Source of the DNA: Dehalococcoidia bacterium | GTDB taxonomy: Bacteria; Chloroflexota; Dehalococcoidia; Bin125 | DNA length: 64,000 nt | Direction of reading: 5' to 3' | NCBI GenBank assembly: GCA_963555985.3 | Contig: OY820591.1 | Span: 2,976,001 to 3,040,000 of the forward strand | In this document: piece after piece, positions 26,550 through 36,538 of the stretch | Layout of the letters: each line of letters opens with the position of its first letter | Position numbering within the stretch: position 1 is the first letter of the stretch | Notes under the pieces: generated by a model | What the model was told of the DNA's origin: nothing | Databases searched by the model: none | The model's input: only the letters and a program-made list of their open reading frames with translations | Translations under genes and position numbers: made by a program

Positions 26550-27185
26550 TTAGCAGTCCGCGCCTGCCGAGCGCGAGGCGTCGCTGTCAAGCAGTGTAGA
26601 GAGCGCCAGCGCGCGTTGGTAGCTCTCGGGCGTATTTAGGTTCAGCAAACAGAGTGGATCGCCGCTTTCCACGAAGATCGTGCGCTCCGCGTAGCGGCGG
26701 CGCAAGGCGCGAATGCCTTCGCCCTGCTCCGTAACGGTTTGCAGGTCCAGGAGCAGCTCGCTGCGGAACAGGGGCGGATGCCCGTTGCGGCCGTCGCAGC
26801 GCGGCACCGCGATCAGAGCGTCCGAGTCTCGCGCGAGCGCCTCTGCGCAAGCGCGAATCGCGGCAAGCGAACAGGGCGAATCGACGCTGGCGACGACCAC
26901 GCCCCCAACACTCGGCGGAATTGCCCGAGCGCCGGTGCGAATCGAGCCCGCCCGGCCCTCGCGCCAGGCATGATTGGTCACGCAGCGCACGGCGGGATGA
27001 TCGGGCGCGGCCGATCGCACCAGCCGCTCATGCGCGCCCAGCACGACAATCACAGGCGCACAGCCCGCCTCTAGCAGCGCCTCTGCCTGCGCCGCGACGA
27101 GCGGCTGCCCGCCCCAATCGAGCAACTGCTTGGGACGCCCCATTCGGGTCGAAGCGCCGGCGGCGAGCAGGATCGCGGCGTTCAT
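26550..27185 (-). CDS. MocA/MobA-like nucleotidyltransferase
   Basis: LLAAGASTRMGRPKQLL, GHPPLF, NLNTPESY. Confidence 0.88.
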   Translation of the reverse strand: MNAAILLAAGASTRMGRPKQLLDWGGQPLVAAQAEALLEAGCAPVIVVLGAHERLVRSAAPDHPAVRCVTNHAWREGRAGSIRTGARAIPPSVGGVVVASVDSPCSLAAIRACAEALARDSDALIAVPRCDGRNGHPPLFRSELLLDLQTVTEQGEGIRALRRRYAERTIFVESGDPLCLLNLNTPESYQRALALSTLLDSDASRSAGADC

Positions 27186-27802
27186 TCGAGCCGGTCGCGC
27201 AAGAGGTTCAGCAGCCGCCGGATGCAGTCTTCGACGCCGGCGAGCGCGTCTGCGTCGGTGACTTCGCCCACGCCGTAGGGCTGCGCTTCGCTGCGGGCGG
27301 TCTGCGCGGCGAGGTCGATGATCCGATCATCGAGGCTGCGTCCGCGCACGAGGCTCTCGATCTGACGCGCCCGAATCGGATAGGGCGCGACGCCGACGAT
27401 GATGAAGGCGGCGTCGCCGTTGCGGTTGAGACGGGCAGCGGCGCTGATCGGGGATGTGCGCGATCCCGCCATCGCCGTCACCGCCCCGCGCGGCATTCGC
27501 GGCATCACCAGCGCAATCGCGGGCCGTGCCCCTTCGCGCCCGTCGATATCCACGCCGCCGACCGCGAGCAGGCGCTCGTCCAGCGGGACTTCTTCCCCGT
27601 TGCTCAAGCGCAGTTCCGCGTCATGCACCAGCAGCGCGGCGGTCAGGCTGTCGTCCTGCGGGTCTTCCAGGCAGACGCGGAGCGGACTGACCGAATCGCC
27701 GATCGGGAACCAGTCGGCGAGCGCGTCGTTGCGCCGTCCGGCGAGCGCCAGTACCGATTCGGTCAGCGGGATCGCGGTATCGAGGGTTTCGGCGCGGGGC
27801 AC
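27182..27802 (-). CDS. CoxM/XdhB-like protein, C-terminal part only
   Basis: AALLVHDAEL, GVAPYPIRARQIE..GRSLDD; no N-terminal FAD-binding motifs seen. Confidence 0.55.
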   Translation of the reverse strand: MPRAETLDTAIPLTESVLALAGRRNDALADWFPIGDSVSPLRVCLEDPQDDSLTAALLVHDAELRLSNGEEVPLDERLLAVGGVDIDGREGARPAIALVMPRMPRGAVTAMAGSRTSPISAAARLNRNGDAAFIIVGVAPYPIRARQIESLVRGRSLDDRIIDLAAQTARSEAQPYGVGEVTDADALAGVEDCIRRLLNLLRDRLE

Positions 27803-28186
27803 TCAGGCTTGCTGCTTTCGCCAGTCGGCGAGCGCCTTCTTGAGCGCCCCAGCCGCGAGCACGGAGCAGTGAATCTTGCTCTTCGGCAATCCGCCCACGG
27901 CCTCCACGAAGTCCTGCCGCTTCAGCGCAGCCGCCTCCGTGACCGGCATCCCTTTGAGCACAACCGTGGCCATCGAGCTCGTCGCAATCGCAGCCCCGCA
28001 GCCGCGAGTCTGGAAGCGCGCATCCGCAATCGCATCGCCCTCGATCCGCAGCATCAAGCGCATGTGATCGCCGCAGACCGGATTACGGTCCTCACCCACT
28101 GCGTTCGCGTCGGCAAGCTCACCGGCATTGCGCGGGTTGCGGAAGTGATCGAGCACGGTCTCGTTGTAGGCGTGGTCGTCAGCCAT
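27803..28186 (-). CDS. iscU: Fe-S cluster scaffold IscU/NifU
   Basis: DHFRNPRNAG, NPVCGD, GCGAAIATSS, KIHCSVL. Confidence 0.93.
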   Translation of the reverse strand: MADDHAYNETVLDHFRNPRNAGELADANAVGEDRNPVCGDHMRLMLRIEGDAIADARFQTRGCGAAIATSSMATVVLKGMPVTEAAALKRQDFVEAVGGLPKSKIHCSVLAAGALKKALADWRKQQA

Positions 28187-28209
28187 GATCTTCCCTGTCT
28201 GCGGGCAGT

Positions 28210-29415
28210 TTACCGCGCTAAATCGAGGATCAGACGCAAGAGGACGCGCAGCGCGCGGCTGCGATCTTCGGGCGAGAACCACTCGCGCACGCTGTGTTGA
28301 TTGTCGGAGCGCCCACCCCAGGAGAGCGCGATCGCAGGCACGCCCGCAGCGATCGCAGCGTTCGCGTCCGTTGACGATCCAATCAGCCGAGGCGTCAAGT
28401 CCTCTGTCCGCAGCGCAGCCTGAGCGCTGCGAACGAGAGTGGAATCAATCGGCGTCGTACCGGCAGGGCGGTCGCCGATCTTCGTGAGTCGCGGTTCGAG
28501 GGCGGCAGTGGGACGGCGCTCCAGTTCCCGCTGATGACCCCAGGCGACAGCGTCGCGGAAGTGCTCTTCGAGGCGCTCAAGCTGGGCCGGATCCTCGCTG
28601 CGCAGATCGACTTCGACTGCCGCCGACTCCGGGATCGCGTTGACGCTCTCGCCTCCGCGCACGACGCCGATGTTGTAGGTGGTGCGCGGCTGATTGGGCG
28701 TGCGCAGTTGCGCCAGCCGCTCCGACGCCGCAGCCATCGCAAAGATTGGGCTGTAGCGCCCGAAGTGCCCCCAGCTATGCCCGCCCCCGCCGCGCCACTC
28801 CACCAGATAGCGACGCGAGCCGATCCCGCGGTGCACGATCACGCTTGCGTCGGAGTGGTCGATCGTGATGAAGGCCGCTGCTCGCCGACCTTCCGACGTG
28901 TCAAAGTAGGCCCGCGCCCCGCGCAGATCGCCGCGCCCCTCTTCGCCGACGGTGGTGAGGAAGATCAGCTCCCGCTCGGTCTCGATCCCCGCAGCGGACA
29001 GCGTCCGCGCGAGCGCCAGCAGCGCCGCCAGTCCCGCCGCCGCGTCGGAGATGCCGGGCGCGTGATACTCATGCGCCGCGACGATCTCGCCTTTGCGATA
29101 GGGATTGGGTTGGCCGGGCCGGGCGACGGTCACGGGCTGTTCGGCGCTGAAGACGGTATCGAGATGGGCGCTAACGACGATCGCGCCGCCGGCCGAGCGT
29201 CCTGGACGACGCCCGATCACGTTTCCGATCGCGCTGCGCTCGACTCGCAGCCCAGCTGCCGCGAACGCATCCGCCACGTAATCCGCTCGCGCTCCTTCCT
29301 GTCCGGTGGGCGCGGGGATTTCGCAGAGTGTGATCTGTTCGTCGAGGATTGCCTCGGCTTGCTGCTCGAACCACGTCGCGGCAGCCGTGAACTGATCGGT
29401 TGCGCGCATGGACAT
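28210..29415 (-). CDS. M20/M25/M40 family metallo-hydrolase
   Basis: SAHLDTV, GEEGRGDLRG, GGHSWG, SVNAIP, SSTDAN. Confidence 0.88.
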   Translation of the reverse strand: MSMRATDQFTAAATWFEQQAEAILDEQITLCEIPAPTGQEGARADYVADAFAAAGLRVERSAIGNVIGRRPGRSAGGAIVVSAHLDTVFSAEQPVTVARPGQPNPYRKGEIVAAHEYHAPGISDAAAGLAALLALARTLSAAGIETERELIFLTTVGEEGRGDLRGARAYFDTSEGRRAAAFITIDHSDASVIVHRGIGSRRYLVEWRGGGGHSWGHFGRYSPIFAMAAASERLAQLRTPNQPRTTYNIGVVRGGESVNAIPESAAVEVDLRSEDPAQLERLEEHFRDAVAWGHQRELERRPTAALEPRLTKIGDRPAGTTPIDSTLVRSAQAALRTEDLTPRLIGSSTDANAAIAAGVPAIALSWGGRSDNQHSVREWFSPEDRSRALRVLLRLILDLAR

Positions 29416-29873
29416 CAGAGATCGAGTCCCAGCGCCTCGAAGACGGCTTGGTAGTGCTCGAAATTCATCGGCTGATAGAAGGGGATCGCGAGGACGATCT
29501 CGCCCTCCGGGTCGCAGACGAACGCCGCCCGTTGAGCGCGGCGGCTGTCCTCGTCGAGCACGCCGAAGGCGGTTGCGGCGGCGCGATCGAGATCGCTGAG
29601 GAGCGGGAACGGCAACTCGTAGGTCTCAGCGAAGACGGCGTGGCTCAGCGGGTCGTCAACACTGATCGCGACCACGCTCGCTTCGAGTTCGTCCAGCATC
29701 TCGAGGTCGTCGCGGAAGGCGCAGAGCTGGGTCGTGCAGAGCGGGGTGGCGTCCTCCTGGTAGAAGAGGATCACCAGTGGCCCGTCTTCAAGCAGGTCGT
29801 AGAGCGCGAGCGGCCCGTCCAGGCTTTCGAGACTGATATCGGGCAGTTGATCTCCGGCCTGGAGCGCGGTCAT
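29415..29873 (-). CDS. Peroxiredoxin (BCP-like)
   Basis: FYQEDATPLCTTQLC, AISVD, FPLLSD. Confidence 0.88.
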   Translation of the reverse strand: MTALQAGDQLPDISLESLDGPLALYDLLEDGPLVILFYQEDATPLCTTQLCAFRDDLEMLDELEASVVAISVDDPLSHAVFAETYELPFPLLSDLDRAAATAFGVLDEDSRRAQRAAFVCDPEGEIVLAIPFYQPMNFEHYQAVFEALGLDL

Positions 29874-31060
29874 GCGTCGCTCCTCTCCGGCAGACCCGGC
29901 AGGGACCCGATGTTGCCGCGAGCAGCGGCCAGGACGGCGATGCGGCCCAGCCCCGCCGAATCGGTCAGGACGTCCACCGCCCGGCGGGCGGCCAGATAGT
30001 CGCCCATCGCGCCTCGAGCTTCTGCGACCGGCGGCAGAATCGCGGCTCCGAGCGCTCGCAACCATTCGGCCTGGCTGACGATGGGATATGGGTTGAGTCC
30101 GGCGTCTCCTGATGCGTGCTGAAATTGATCGAGATCGATGTGGCAAGTGATGTCTTGCTCGCCGGGGTGGAGATAGGGATCGTCGCCGGGGACGTGCCGG
30201 CGCATGGTCATCAGCGTGCCCTCCCGCCGCCAGGGGGCGTAGAGGCGCTCGCGCTCGTAGCCATAGTCGAAGAGCAAAAGGAGGCTGCGGTTGCTGTTGA
30301 GCTTGGCGGCAAGCCGTTGCATCATGTCGGCTCGAAGCGGGCTGAGCTCGGCGATCTGCCCCTCGGAGGCTGATGCACCCGGATGATCCCGCAGTGGGTC
30401 GATCAGGCATGTGTCCGATAGCGCTTCGGGAAGATCGTGGAAGCCGGCGGCTGGGCTATAGCCCGCGCGCAGTTCGCGCCATTCGCCTTCCCGGTATTGG
30501 AGCCGGTGAACAGGCAGCGCGTCCAGCAGTTCGTTGGCGACGATCAGGTGCTGGTCTGCGCTCAACTCATTGATGTGCGGGAGTGATTCGAGCGGCCTTG
30601 TCAACGGTTGCAGGCGTGCTCGTTGGCGGGCGGCGGCGTGCGGATTCGGTTCGATCAGGCTGAGTTGTAAGGCCTCGGCGCAATTGGGTGCGTGGTTGTG
30701 GAGCCAGCGCAGCAACGCTTCCTGCATGGCACCGGTACCGGGGCCGATTTCGGCGATCCGGAACGGATCCGGCCGCCCAAGTTGCTCCCAGAGGGCGAAG
30801 ATGAGATACGCGACCGCGCTACCGAAGATCGGGTGAACCTCGGGACTGGTGAGGAAGTCGCCGTCGGTACCGACGGTGGGGGCGTTGCGGCGGTAGTAGC
30901 CATGTTGCGGGTGGTAGAGGCAGGCGTCCATCCAGTCGGCGAAGCTGATCGGACCGTGCGTCGTGATGCGCTCGGCGAGGATGGCGGCGAGGGGTGTATC
31001 GAGCACGGGCGCGGCTGCGGCGGAGAGTGGGTCGAAGGGGGGCGCGCCGGTGCGGGTCAT
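29870..31060 (-). CDS. MidA/NDUFAF7-family SAM-dependent methyltransferase
   Basis: GDFLTSPE, EIGPGTG, ANELLDALP, DYG, QDITCHID. Confidence 0.9.
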   Translation of the reverse strand: MTRTGAPPFDPLSAAAAPVLDTPLAAILAERITTHGPISFADWMDACLYHPQHGYYRRNAPTVGTDGDFLTSPEVHPIFGSAVAYLIFALWEQLGRPDPFRIAEIGPGTGAMQEALLRWLHNHAPNCAEALQLSLIEPNPHAAARQRARLQPLTRPLESLPHINELSADQHLIVANELLDALPVHRLQYREGEWRELRAGYSPAAGFHDLPEALSDTCLIDPLRDHPGASASEGQIAELSPLRADMMQRLAAKLNSNRSLLLLFDYGYERERLYAPWRREGTLMTMRRHVPGDDPYLHPGEQDITCHIDLDQFQHASGDAGLNPYPIVSQAEWLRALGAAILPPVAEARGAMGDYLAARRAVDVLTDSAGLGRIAVLAAARGNIGSLPGLPERSDA

Positions 31061-31098
31061 GGGGTGAGTATAGGAAGGGGAAGCTGAGCCGCGGAACG

Positions 31099-31128
31099 CA
31101 GAACGACCGCCCGCAGGCGGTCGCTCTG
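31099..31128. terminator. Hairpin downstream of yjbQ
   Basis: CAGAACGACCGCC-loop-GGCGGTCGCTCTG. Confidence 0.55.
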
Positions 31129-31149
31129 GATGCACCGAACCGGTGTTGG

Positions 31150-31704
31150 TTAGCCGTTGACTTCGACAGCTCCTGCCAGCGACGGCGCGACCTGCTCGGC
31201 GACGCCGAGCACGCTGACGCTGACGCAGCGATCGCGGGGTTCGTCGAGTTCGACCAGGAAGATCGATTGGAACTCGCCGATGTGCAGTTCGCCGTTGAGC
31301 ACAGGCACAGTCTCGGAGGTGCCGAGCAGGATGTGCTGGCAGTGCGAGTGGCCGTTCTCCGGCTCGTTCTCGTGCATGTTGACGGTGCGGATGTCGAAGT
31401 CGTTGTGGCGGTAGTAGACATTCGCGGGCGCCCACGCGATCAGGCGGTCGCGCAGGTCGTCAAGCAGCAAGGGCTCGTGCTCTTGCAGGATGATGGCGGC
31501 GGTCGTGTGCTGCGAGAAGATCGATACCTGCCCGAAGGCCACACCCGAGCGATGCACGATGGCGCGCACATCGTCGGTAATGTCGCGGAACGACGGGCCG
31601 TGCTCGGTGCGGTAGCGCAGCTCGTCGTGGACGTGGTGGAAGCCGTGTGGAGCGGGCGTCGCAACGGGCAGCGGGACCGTGCCGTTGGTAGACGCGCGGG
31701 CCAT
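31150..31704 (-). CDS. yjbQ: YjbQ family protein
   Basis: DITDDV, HTTAAI, NGHSHC, FLVELDEPR. Confidence 0.88.
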   Translation of the reverse strand: MARASTNGTVPLPVATPAPHGFHHVHDELRYRTEHGPSFRDITDDVRAIVHRSGVAFGQVSIFSQHTTAAIILQEHEPLLLDDLRDRLIAWAPANVYYRHNDFDIRTVNMHENEPENGHSHCQHILLGTSETVPVLNGELHIGEFQSIFLVELDEPRDRCVSVSVLGVAEQVAPSLAGAVEVNG

Positions 31705-31870
31705 TCCTCCCTCATTTTCACGCGCTGCAAGGATGATCGGGATGTAGAAGATGAGAGCGCTCGCGGGCGGCTTGCAGCATTCCGTCCACTGGGCTGCTTG
31801 TCAATATACCGCAGTGCGTCCGTGTCTGTGTTCGGAATCGGGCGCAGCGTGGGGGAGCTGGCGACCGGAG

Positions 31871-32752
31871 CTATCGGCCGCCTGCTCCGCCCGGTTGATC
31901 TTCGACGCCGAGACGCACCCGCACCCGCTCCACGATTGCCGCCACGCGGCTTGCGTCCGGAGCGTTGGCGGCGTGCTCCTGGTACTGCTGGAGGTCGTCG
32001 AGGGCCTCGATGTATTGACCGGTCTGATAGCAGAGCAGCCCGCGGTCGCGGCGGTCTTCGAGCGACCAGGGCGAGAGCGCGAGCATGTAGTCGGTTGCCT
32101 CGATGGCGGCGGCGTAATCGCGTTTGCGGACGCAGGTGCCCTTGAGGTTGGTCAGGATCCGCTGCAAGATTTGGCGCTTGGTGACGGCGGCGAGGAATGA
32201 ATCGGGATTGGGTCCGCCGCCGAAGTTGGTGGCGCGCAGGCGTTCGGAGAGGGCGTCGCGTTCGATCTCGCGCCCTGCGTGGAACGGGTCCAGGTAGCGC
32301 TCGCGTTCGCCGTCGTCGTACTTGACGAGGAAATGGAAGGGCGCGCCGACGCCGTGTAGTTCGATTCCGGCGCGGCGGCCGACTTCCAGCATCACCGCCG
32401 CGAGCGTGATTGGCATTCCGCGTCCGGTCGCCAGCGTTGCGTGGAGGCAGCAGTTGATCGGCTCGTAGTAGGTCTGGGTGTCGCCGCGAAACTGGTGGGT
32501 CTCGAAGAGCACTTGGCGGAGCCGCTCCACGCGCTCAGGCAGGGGGCGTTCCTCAGGCACGGCACGGACTTCTTGGGCGAGTTCGCCGAGCCGCTGGAGG
32601 GCGGTCAGCTGATCGAGTTGCGGCTCTACGATCCGCCCGATCAGGAAGCAGCAGAGGTCGAGCCGGACAGCGTGGTCGGCGCCGCGCGCCAGCGCTCCGA
32701 ACTGGCGCGCGCGCTCGAGTTTTACAAAATCTTCGCTCAGATCGGCAGCCAT
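31871..32752 (-). CDS. SirB1-family transglutaminase-like/TPR protein
   Basis: GMPITLA, PFHFLV, LDPFHAG, RILTNLK, RDRGL. Confidence 0.88.
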   Translation of the reverse strand: MAADLSEDFVKLERARQFGALARGADHAVRLDLCCFLIGRIVEPQLDQLTALQRLGELAQEVRAVPEERPLPERVERLRQVLFETHQFRGDTQTYYEPINCCLHATLATGRGMPITLAAVMLEVGRRAGIELHGVGAPFHFLVKYDDGERERYLDPFHAGREIERDALSERLRATNFGGGPNPDSFLAAVTKRQILQRILTNLKGTCVRKRDYAAAIEATDYMLALSPWSLEDRRDRGLLCYQTGQYIEALDDLQQYQEHAANAPDASRVAAIVERVRVRLGVEDQPGGAGGR

Positions 32753-32868
32753 GCGGCGAGGCTAGCAGGATGCGCTTGCGCTTGCCCGATTATGATGGAT
32801 CTATCAGCTCGAGAGGGCTGAGATGCAGACACGTGGCGGCCCGTTTGAGCGAGGAGCGAGCGTCGCCC

Positions 32869-34332
32869 ATGGCTCAGCAACAGACCACCCGCGCCGGTCT
32901 GCCGATTGACCGCAAAGCGCGGCTGCGAATCCCCCCGCACCACGTCACCAAGCAGACCCCGCACGACCGCATCCACAACTGGGACGAGGTCTACTTCGGC
33001 TACACCGCCGGCCCGGCGATGTTTGAGGCGCAGCGCTGCATCCAGTGTCCGGCTGCGCCCTGCATCGTGGCCTGTCCGATCGACAACGACATCCCCGGCG
33101 CGCTCGCGTTCCTCGAAACCGGACGCCTTGCCGAAGCAGCAGCCGTGTTTCGCCAGACCTCGGAGATGCCGGAACTCTGCGGGCGTCTCTGCCCGCAGGA
33201 AGCGCTCTGCGAAGGCTCCTGCGTGGTCGGGAAGAAGGCCAAGCCAGTCGCGATTGGCAAGCTGGAGGCGTTTCTCGGCGATTGGGATCGCGACCAGCGC
33301 GGCGGCTTCCCGATCCCGACACCCGACCACGAGAGCGGGCAACGAGTCGCGGTAGTCGGCTCCGGCCCGGCCGGTCTGGCTGTCGCCGAGCAGATGCGCG
33401 CCGTCGGACACGATGTGACGGTGTTCGAGGCTTGGCCCTCCGGCGGCGGGGTGCTGCGCTACGGCATTCCCAACTTCAAGACGGCTAAAGACATCGTGGA
33501 CGAGAAGATCGCCGCGCTCGAAGCGGGCGGGGTGCAGTTCTGCTTCAACACACGAGTCGGTGTGGACGTAGGTTGGGACGAGCTGGCCGAGTACGACGCG
33601 GTTTTCCTCGGTCACGGCGCGGGCTTGGGCAAGGCGCTCAGAATCGACGGCGAGCAACTGGCCGGGGTCTACAGCGCTACCGAGTTCCTTGTCCGCGCCA
33701 ACCTTGAGCCTGAGCACTTGCCCGCAGCGATGCGCTCCGCTCCCCATGTCGGCCGGCGGGTGGTTGTGGTCGGCGGCGGCGATACCTCGATGGACTGCGT
33801 GCGCTCCGCCGTCCGTCTGGGCGCCGAGAGCGTGACGCTGCTCTACCGCCGCACCGAGAACGAGATGATCGGGCGCGAAGAGGAGCGCCGACACGCGCGC
33901 GAGGAAGGCGTGATCTTCGAGTACCTCACCACTCCGGTACGGCTGTTGGGCAAAGACGGCGCGGTCACCGGCGTGGAATGCGTGCGGATGAAGCTGGGCG
34001 AACCGGACGAGAGCGGCCGCCGCCGTCCGCAGCCGATGCCCGGCTCCGAATTCGTGATTGACGCGGACGCTTTCGTGGTCGCAGTGGGCTACGACGTGGG
34101 ACGCGATCTCTTCGGTCCCGATGCTGGCATCGATGTCAACGACTGGGGTGAGGTGCTGGTCGATGAGCAGGGGCGGACGTCGCGTCCCGGTGTCTTCGCC
34201 GGCGGCGACAACGTGATCGGGGCAGATTTGGTGGTGACGGCGCTGCGCGGGGCGCATCAGGCGATTCCGGGGATGAAGCGCTACCTCGAAGAGCGCCTGC
34301 TTGAGCACGCTCTGGCCGCCGCCGCGGGCTAG
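32869..34332 (+). CDS. GltD/NfnB/SudA-like NAD(P)H flavo-Fe-S oxidoreductase
   Basis: RCIQC..APC..ACP, CGRLCPQE.LCE, GSGPAG, GGGDTSMD, FAGGD. Confidence 0.9.
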   Translation: MAQQQTTRAGLPIDRKARLRIPPHHVTKQTPHDRIHNWDEVYFGYTAGPAMFEAQRCIQCPAAPCIVACPIDNDIPGALAFLETGRLAEAAAVFRQTSEMPELCGRLCPQEALCEGSCVVGKKAKPVAIGKLEAFLGDWDRDQRGGFPIPTPDHESGQRVAVVGSGPAGLAVAEQMRAVGHDVTVFEAWPSGGGVLRYGIPNFKTAKDIVDEKIAALEAGGVQFCFNTRVGVDVGWDELAEYDAVFLGHGAGLGKALRIDGEQLAGVYSATEFLVRANLEPEHLPAAMRSAPHVGRRVVVVGGGDTSMDCVRSAVRLGAESVTLLYRRTENEMIGREEERRHAREEGVIFEYLTTPVRLLGKDGAVTGVECVRMKLGEPDESGRRRPQPMPGSEFVIDADAFVVAVGYDVGRDLFGPDAGIDVNDWGEVLVDEQGRTSRPGVFAGGDNVIGADLVVTALRGAHQAIPGMKRYLEERLLEHALAAAAG

Positions 34333-34334
34333 CG

Positions 34335-34775
34335 CTACTCCGCCGGGGAGCAGCCCGGCGCGCCTGGGATATCCACCTCCGAGACAATCTCCTCAGCCGC
34401 GTTGCGGCAGAGCACGACTTCGGCGTCGCGGTCGTCGCGCGGGTTGGAGATCTGGTGGATCGCTCTTGGCGGGACGTAGAGGAAGTCGCCCGTCTTCACA
34501 TCGTGGACGTGCTCCAGATTGGGGCCGTAGCTCATCCGGATCGGCCCCTGGAGGATGTACATCGCGGTTTCGCAGTTCACATGCCAGTGCGGGGTGGAGT
34601 ACATCCCGGGCGGAATCTTCTGGCGGGTCATGAAGACTTCTTCGGAGCCGGAGAGGTCGCCGGAGACGCCGAACTGGATCGCCATCCCGGACCGGTGATT
34701 CGACCACTCGGCGTCGGCGCCGCTGGTCATTTCGATCATCCCGTGGAGCTCGGAGCGGTCGATTTCGGTCGTCAT
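34335..34775 (-). CDS. Cupin domain protein
   Basis: PHWHVNCETAMY, GDFLYVPPRAIH. Confidence 0.85.
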   Translation of the reverse strand: MTTEIDRSELHGMIEMTSGADAEWSNHRSGMAIQFGVSGDLSGSEEVFMTRQKIPPGMYSTPHWHVNCETAMYILQGPIRMSYGPNLEHVHDVKTGDFLYVPPRAIHQISNPRDDRDAEVVLCRNAAEEIVSEVDIPGAPGCSPAE

Positions 34776-34843
34776 CGAGGCCTCCTGGCGGTTGCGGCTG
34801 TCGCTTTGGGGACGATATCAGGCGGGTAGGGCGAACTGGCCGG

Positions 34844-34891
34844 ACCCCCCTCTGTCCCTACGGGACATCTCCCCCCGCAGAGGGGGGGAGA
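34844..34891 (+). repeat. REP family 2 double-hairpin element
   Basis: CCCCCCTC-TGTCCC-TAC-GGGACA-TCTCCCCCC..GGGGGGAGA. Confidence 0.85.
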
Positions 34892-34917
34892 ACTGATCTG
34901 CTTTGCGTGGAGGTTTT

Positions 34918-36333
34918 CTAGGAGTCGTCTGCGGCTTCCACCTCTGTGGGGGCAGAGGGCGGGCCGATGCTGTGGGCCCAGTCGTCTACCAGCCAGCGGC
35001 CACCGATCAGGATGAGTTCCAGGCGGAGCCAGTCGGTTTCGCTGAACTGGAGATAGAGGCGGGCGCGGTTGGGGTTGAGCGCGTCGGCGAGGGGGACTTG
35101 TTGCAGGAGCTCGCCGCCCAAGCCGATCGATTGCATCTTGACCAGGTCGCGCTGAACGTCCTGGCTGCTCTCCCAGCCCCAGATCGTGAGCGCTTCGGGT
35201 CCGGCCAGGGCGAGGATGGTAGGAGCGTCGCCGTCGCGTAGGGCCTGGAGGAAGGTGAGGCCGGCGGCGGCGAGTGCGGCTGCCTGGGCCTCGTTGGCGA
35301 TCGCGGTGGTGGGCAGACCGCTGCGCACGCTGATCCGGTAGGCGCCGATCAGTTGGCGCTGACCCAGGCTGTTGGAGGCGGTCACGACTTCGACCCGCCA
35401 GACGCCGTCCTGTTCGGCCTGGAAGCTGATCTCGGAATCGAGTCCGTGCCCGCCGTCGTCGTCGGTCTGTTGGAGGATGCCTTCGGGGTTGAAAATCTGC
35501 GCGAACACGTCCACGCCGGTATCGCCGTCCACGGTGACGTAGAGTTGCTCCCCCGCGCTCGCCTGAAACTCGAAGACATCGACATCGCCCGGTGTGTTGA
35601 GCACCCCGTCGACGTGCGCGCCGACGCCCATCACCGCGTTGTCGTCGTCTGCGGCGATGCTGAGCCGATCGAGGCGGATCACGAAGCTCCCGACGGAGTT
35701 GGCGTCGAACGCGCCGACCCTGATGTTCTGGCGTCCCTCGGTCGGGATCTGGACCACGAGCAGGCTGTCGCGGTTGGCGGCGGAGAGATCGTCGTTGACC
35801 GCGATCTCGGTGAGATCGGGTTGGAGCAAGGTGAGGATCGGGTCCATCCCGTCCTTACCGTCCACCTTGATTCGCACCCACTCGCCGGCAGTCGCCTCAA
35901 AGCGGAACTGTTGCGGTTCGTCGATTGAGGCGATGTTGGACTCGATCGGCGCGCCGTCGGGGAGATCGTCGGTGGCGGGGTCGAAGTCGACGGCGGGATC
36001 CTCTGCTTCCTGCTCGGCCTCCGGCTCATCAGTTGCCTGAGACTGCTGCTCCTGGGATTGCGCCGCCGTCTGCGCGGCGGCTTGCTGCTCCGGCTCCGGT
36101 TGGCTCTCTTGCTGAGCCGGGGCGGTCTGTGTTTGCTGAGCGGCGCTGGTCTCGCTCGCTGTCTGTCCGTCCGCCGCGATCGGTTCGGCCTCTTCTTGGC
36201 TGACCGGCTGTACTTGGGTCTCGACAGGCTGATCGTCGCCGCAGGCGGCAGCGACAAAGAGGGCGGGAGCGGCGACGATCAGGGCCAAGCCGAGGCTGAG
36301 CCGCGAGCCGGCGGCAGGGAGAGGAATGCGCAT
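34918..36333 (-). CDS. Lipoprotein with pre-peptidase C-terminal (PPC)-like domains
   Basis: Lipobox AAAC, Q/E-rich linker, two DPILTL..NDD/DDGG..DS domains. Confidence 0.75.
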   Translation of the reverse strand: MRIPLPAAGSRLSLGLALIVAAPALFVAAACGDDQPVETQVQPVSQEEAEPIAADGQTASETSAAQQTQTAPAQQESQPEPEQQAAAQTAAQSQEQQSQATDEPEAEQEAEDPAVDFDPATDDLPDGAPIESNIASIDEPQQFRFEATAGEWVRIKVDGKDGMDPILTLLQPDLTEIAVNDDLSAANRDSLLVVQIPTEGRQNIRVGAFDANSVGSFVIRLDRLSIAADDDNAVMGVGAHVDGVLNTPGDVDVFEFQASAGEQLYVTVDGDTGVDVFAQIFNPEGILQQTDDDGGHGLDSEISFQAEQDGVWRVEVVTASNSLGQRQLIGAYRISVRSGLPTTAIANEAQAAALAAAGLTFLQALRDGDAPTILALAGPEALTIWGWESSQDVQRDLVKMQSIGLGGELLQQVPLADALNPNRARLYLQFSETDWLRLELILIGGRWLVDDWAHSIGPPSAPTEVEAADDS

Positions 36334-36538
36334 CAGATGTTCCGTAGCGTCACCCGAGACCGCCCCATGGTGCATTCACCGTTCACTACACGTTCACTAT
36401 ACGTCGTGGGGCGGGCGATCGGAGCGCTCAGCTGGGGACGGGATGATGGCCTGATTGCCCGCGCTGCGGGCGCGGCATATACTGCGAGCGCTTGAGGGAT
36501 GCGCCGGCGCGGGAGCGCCGTCGGACAGGGAGTGCGCC

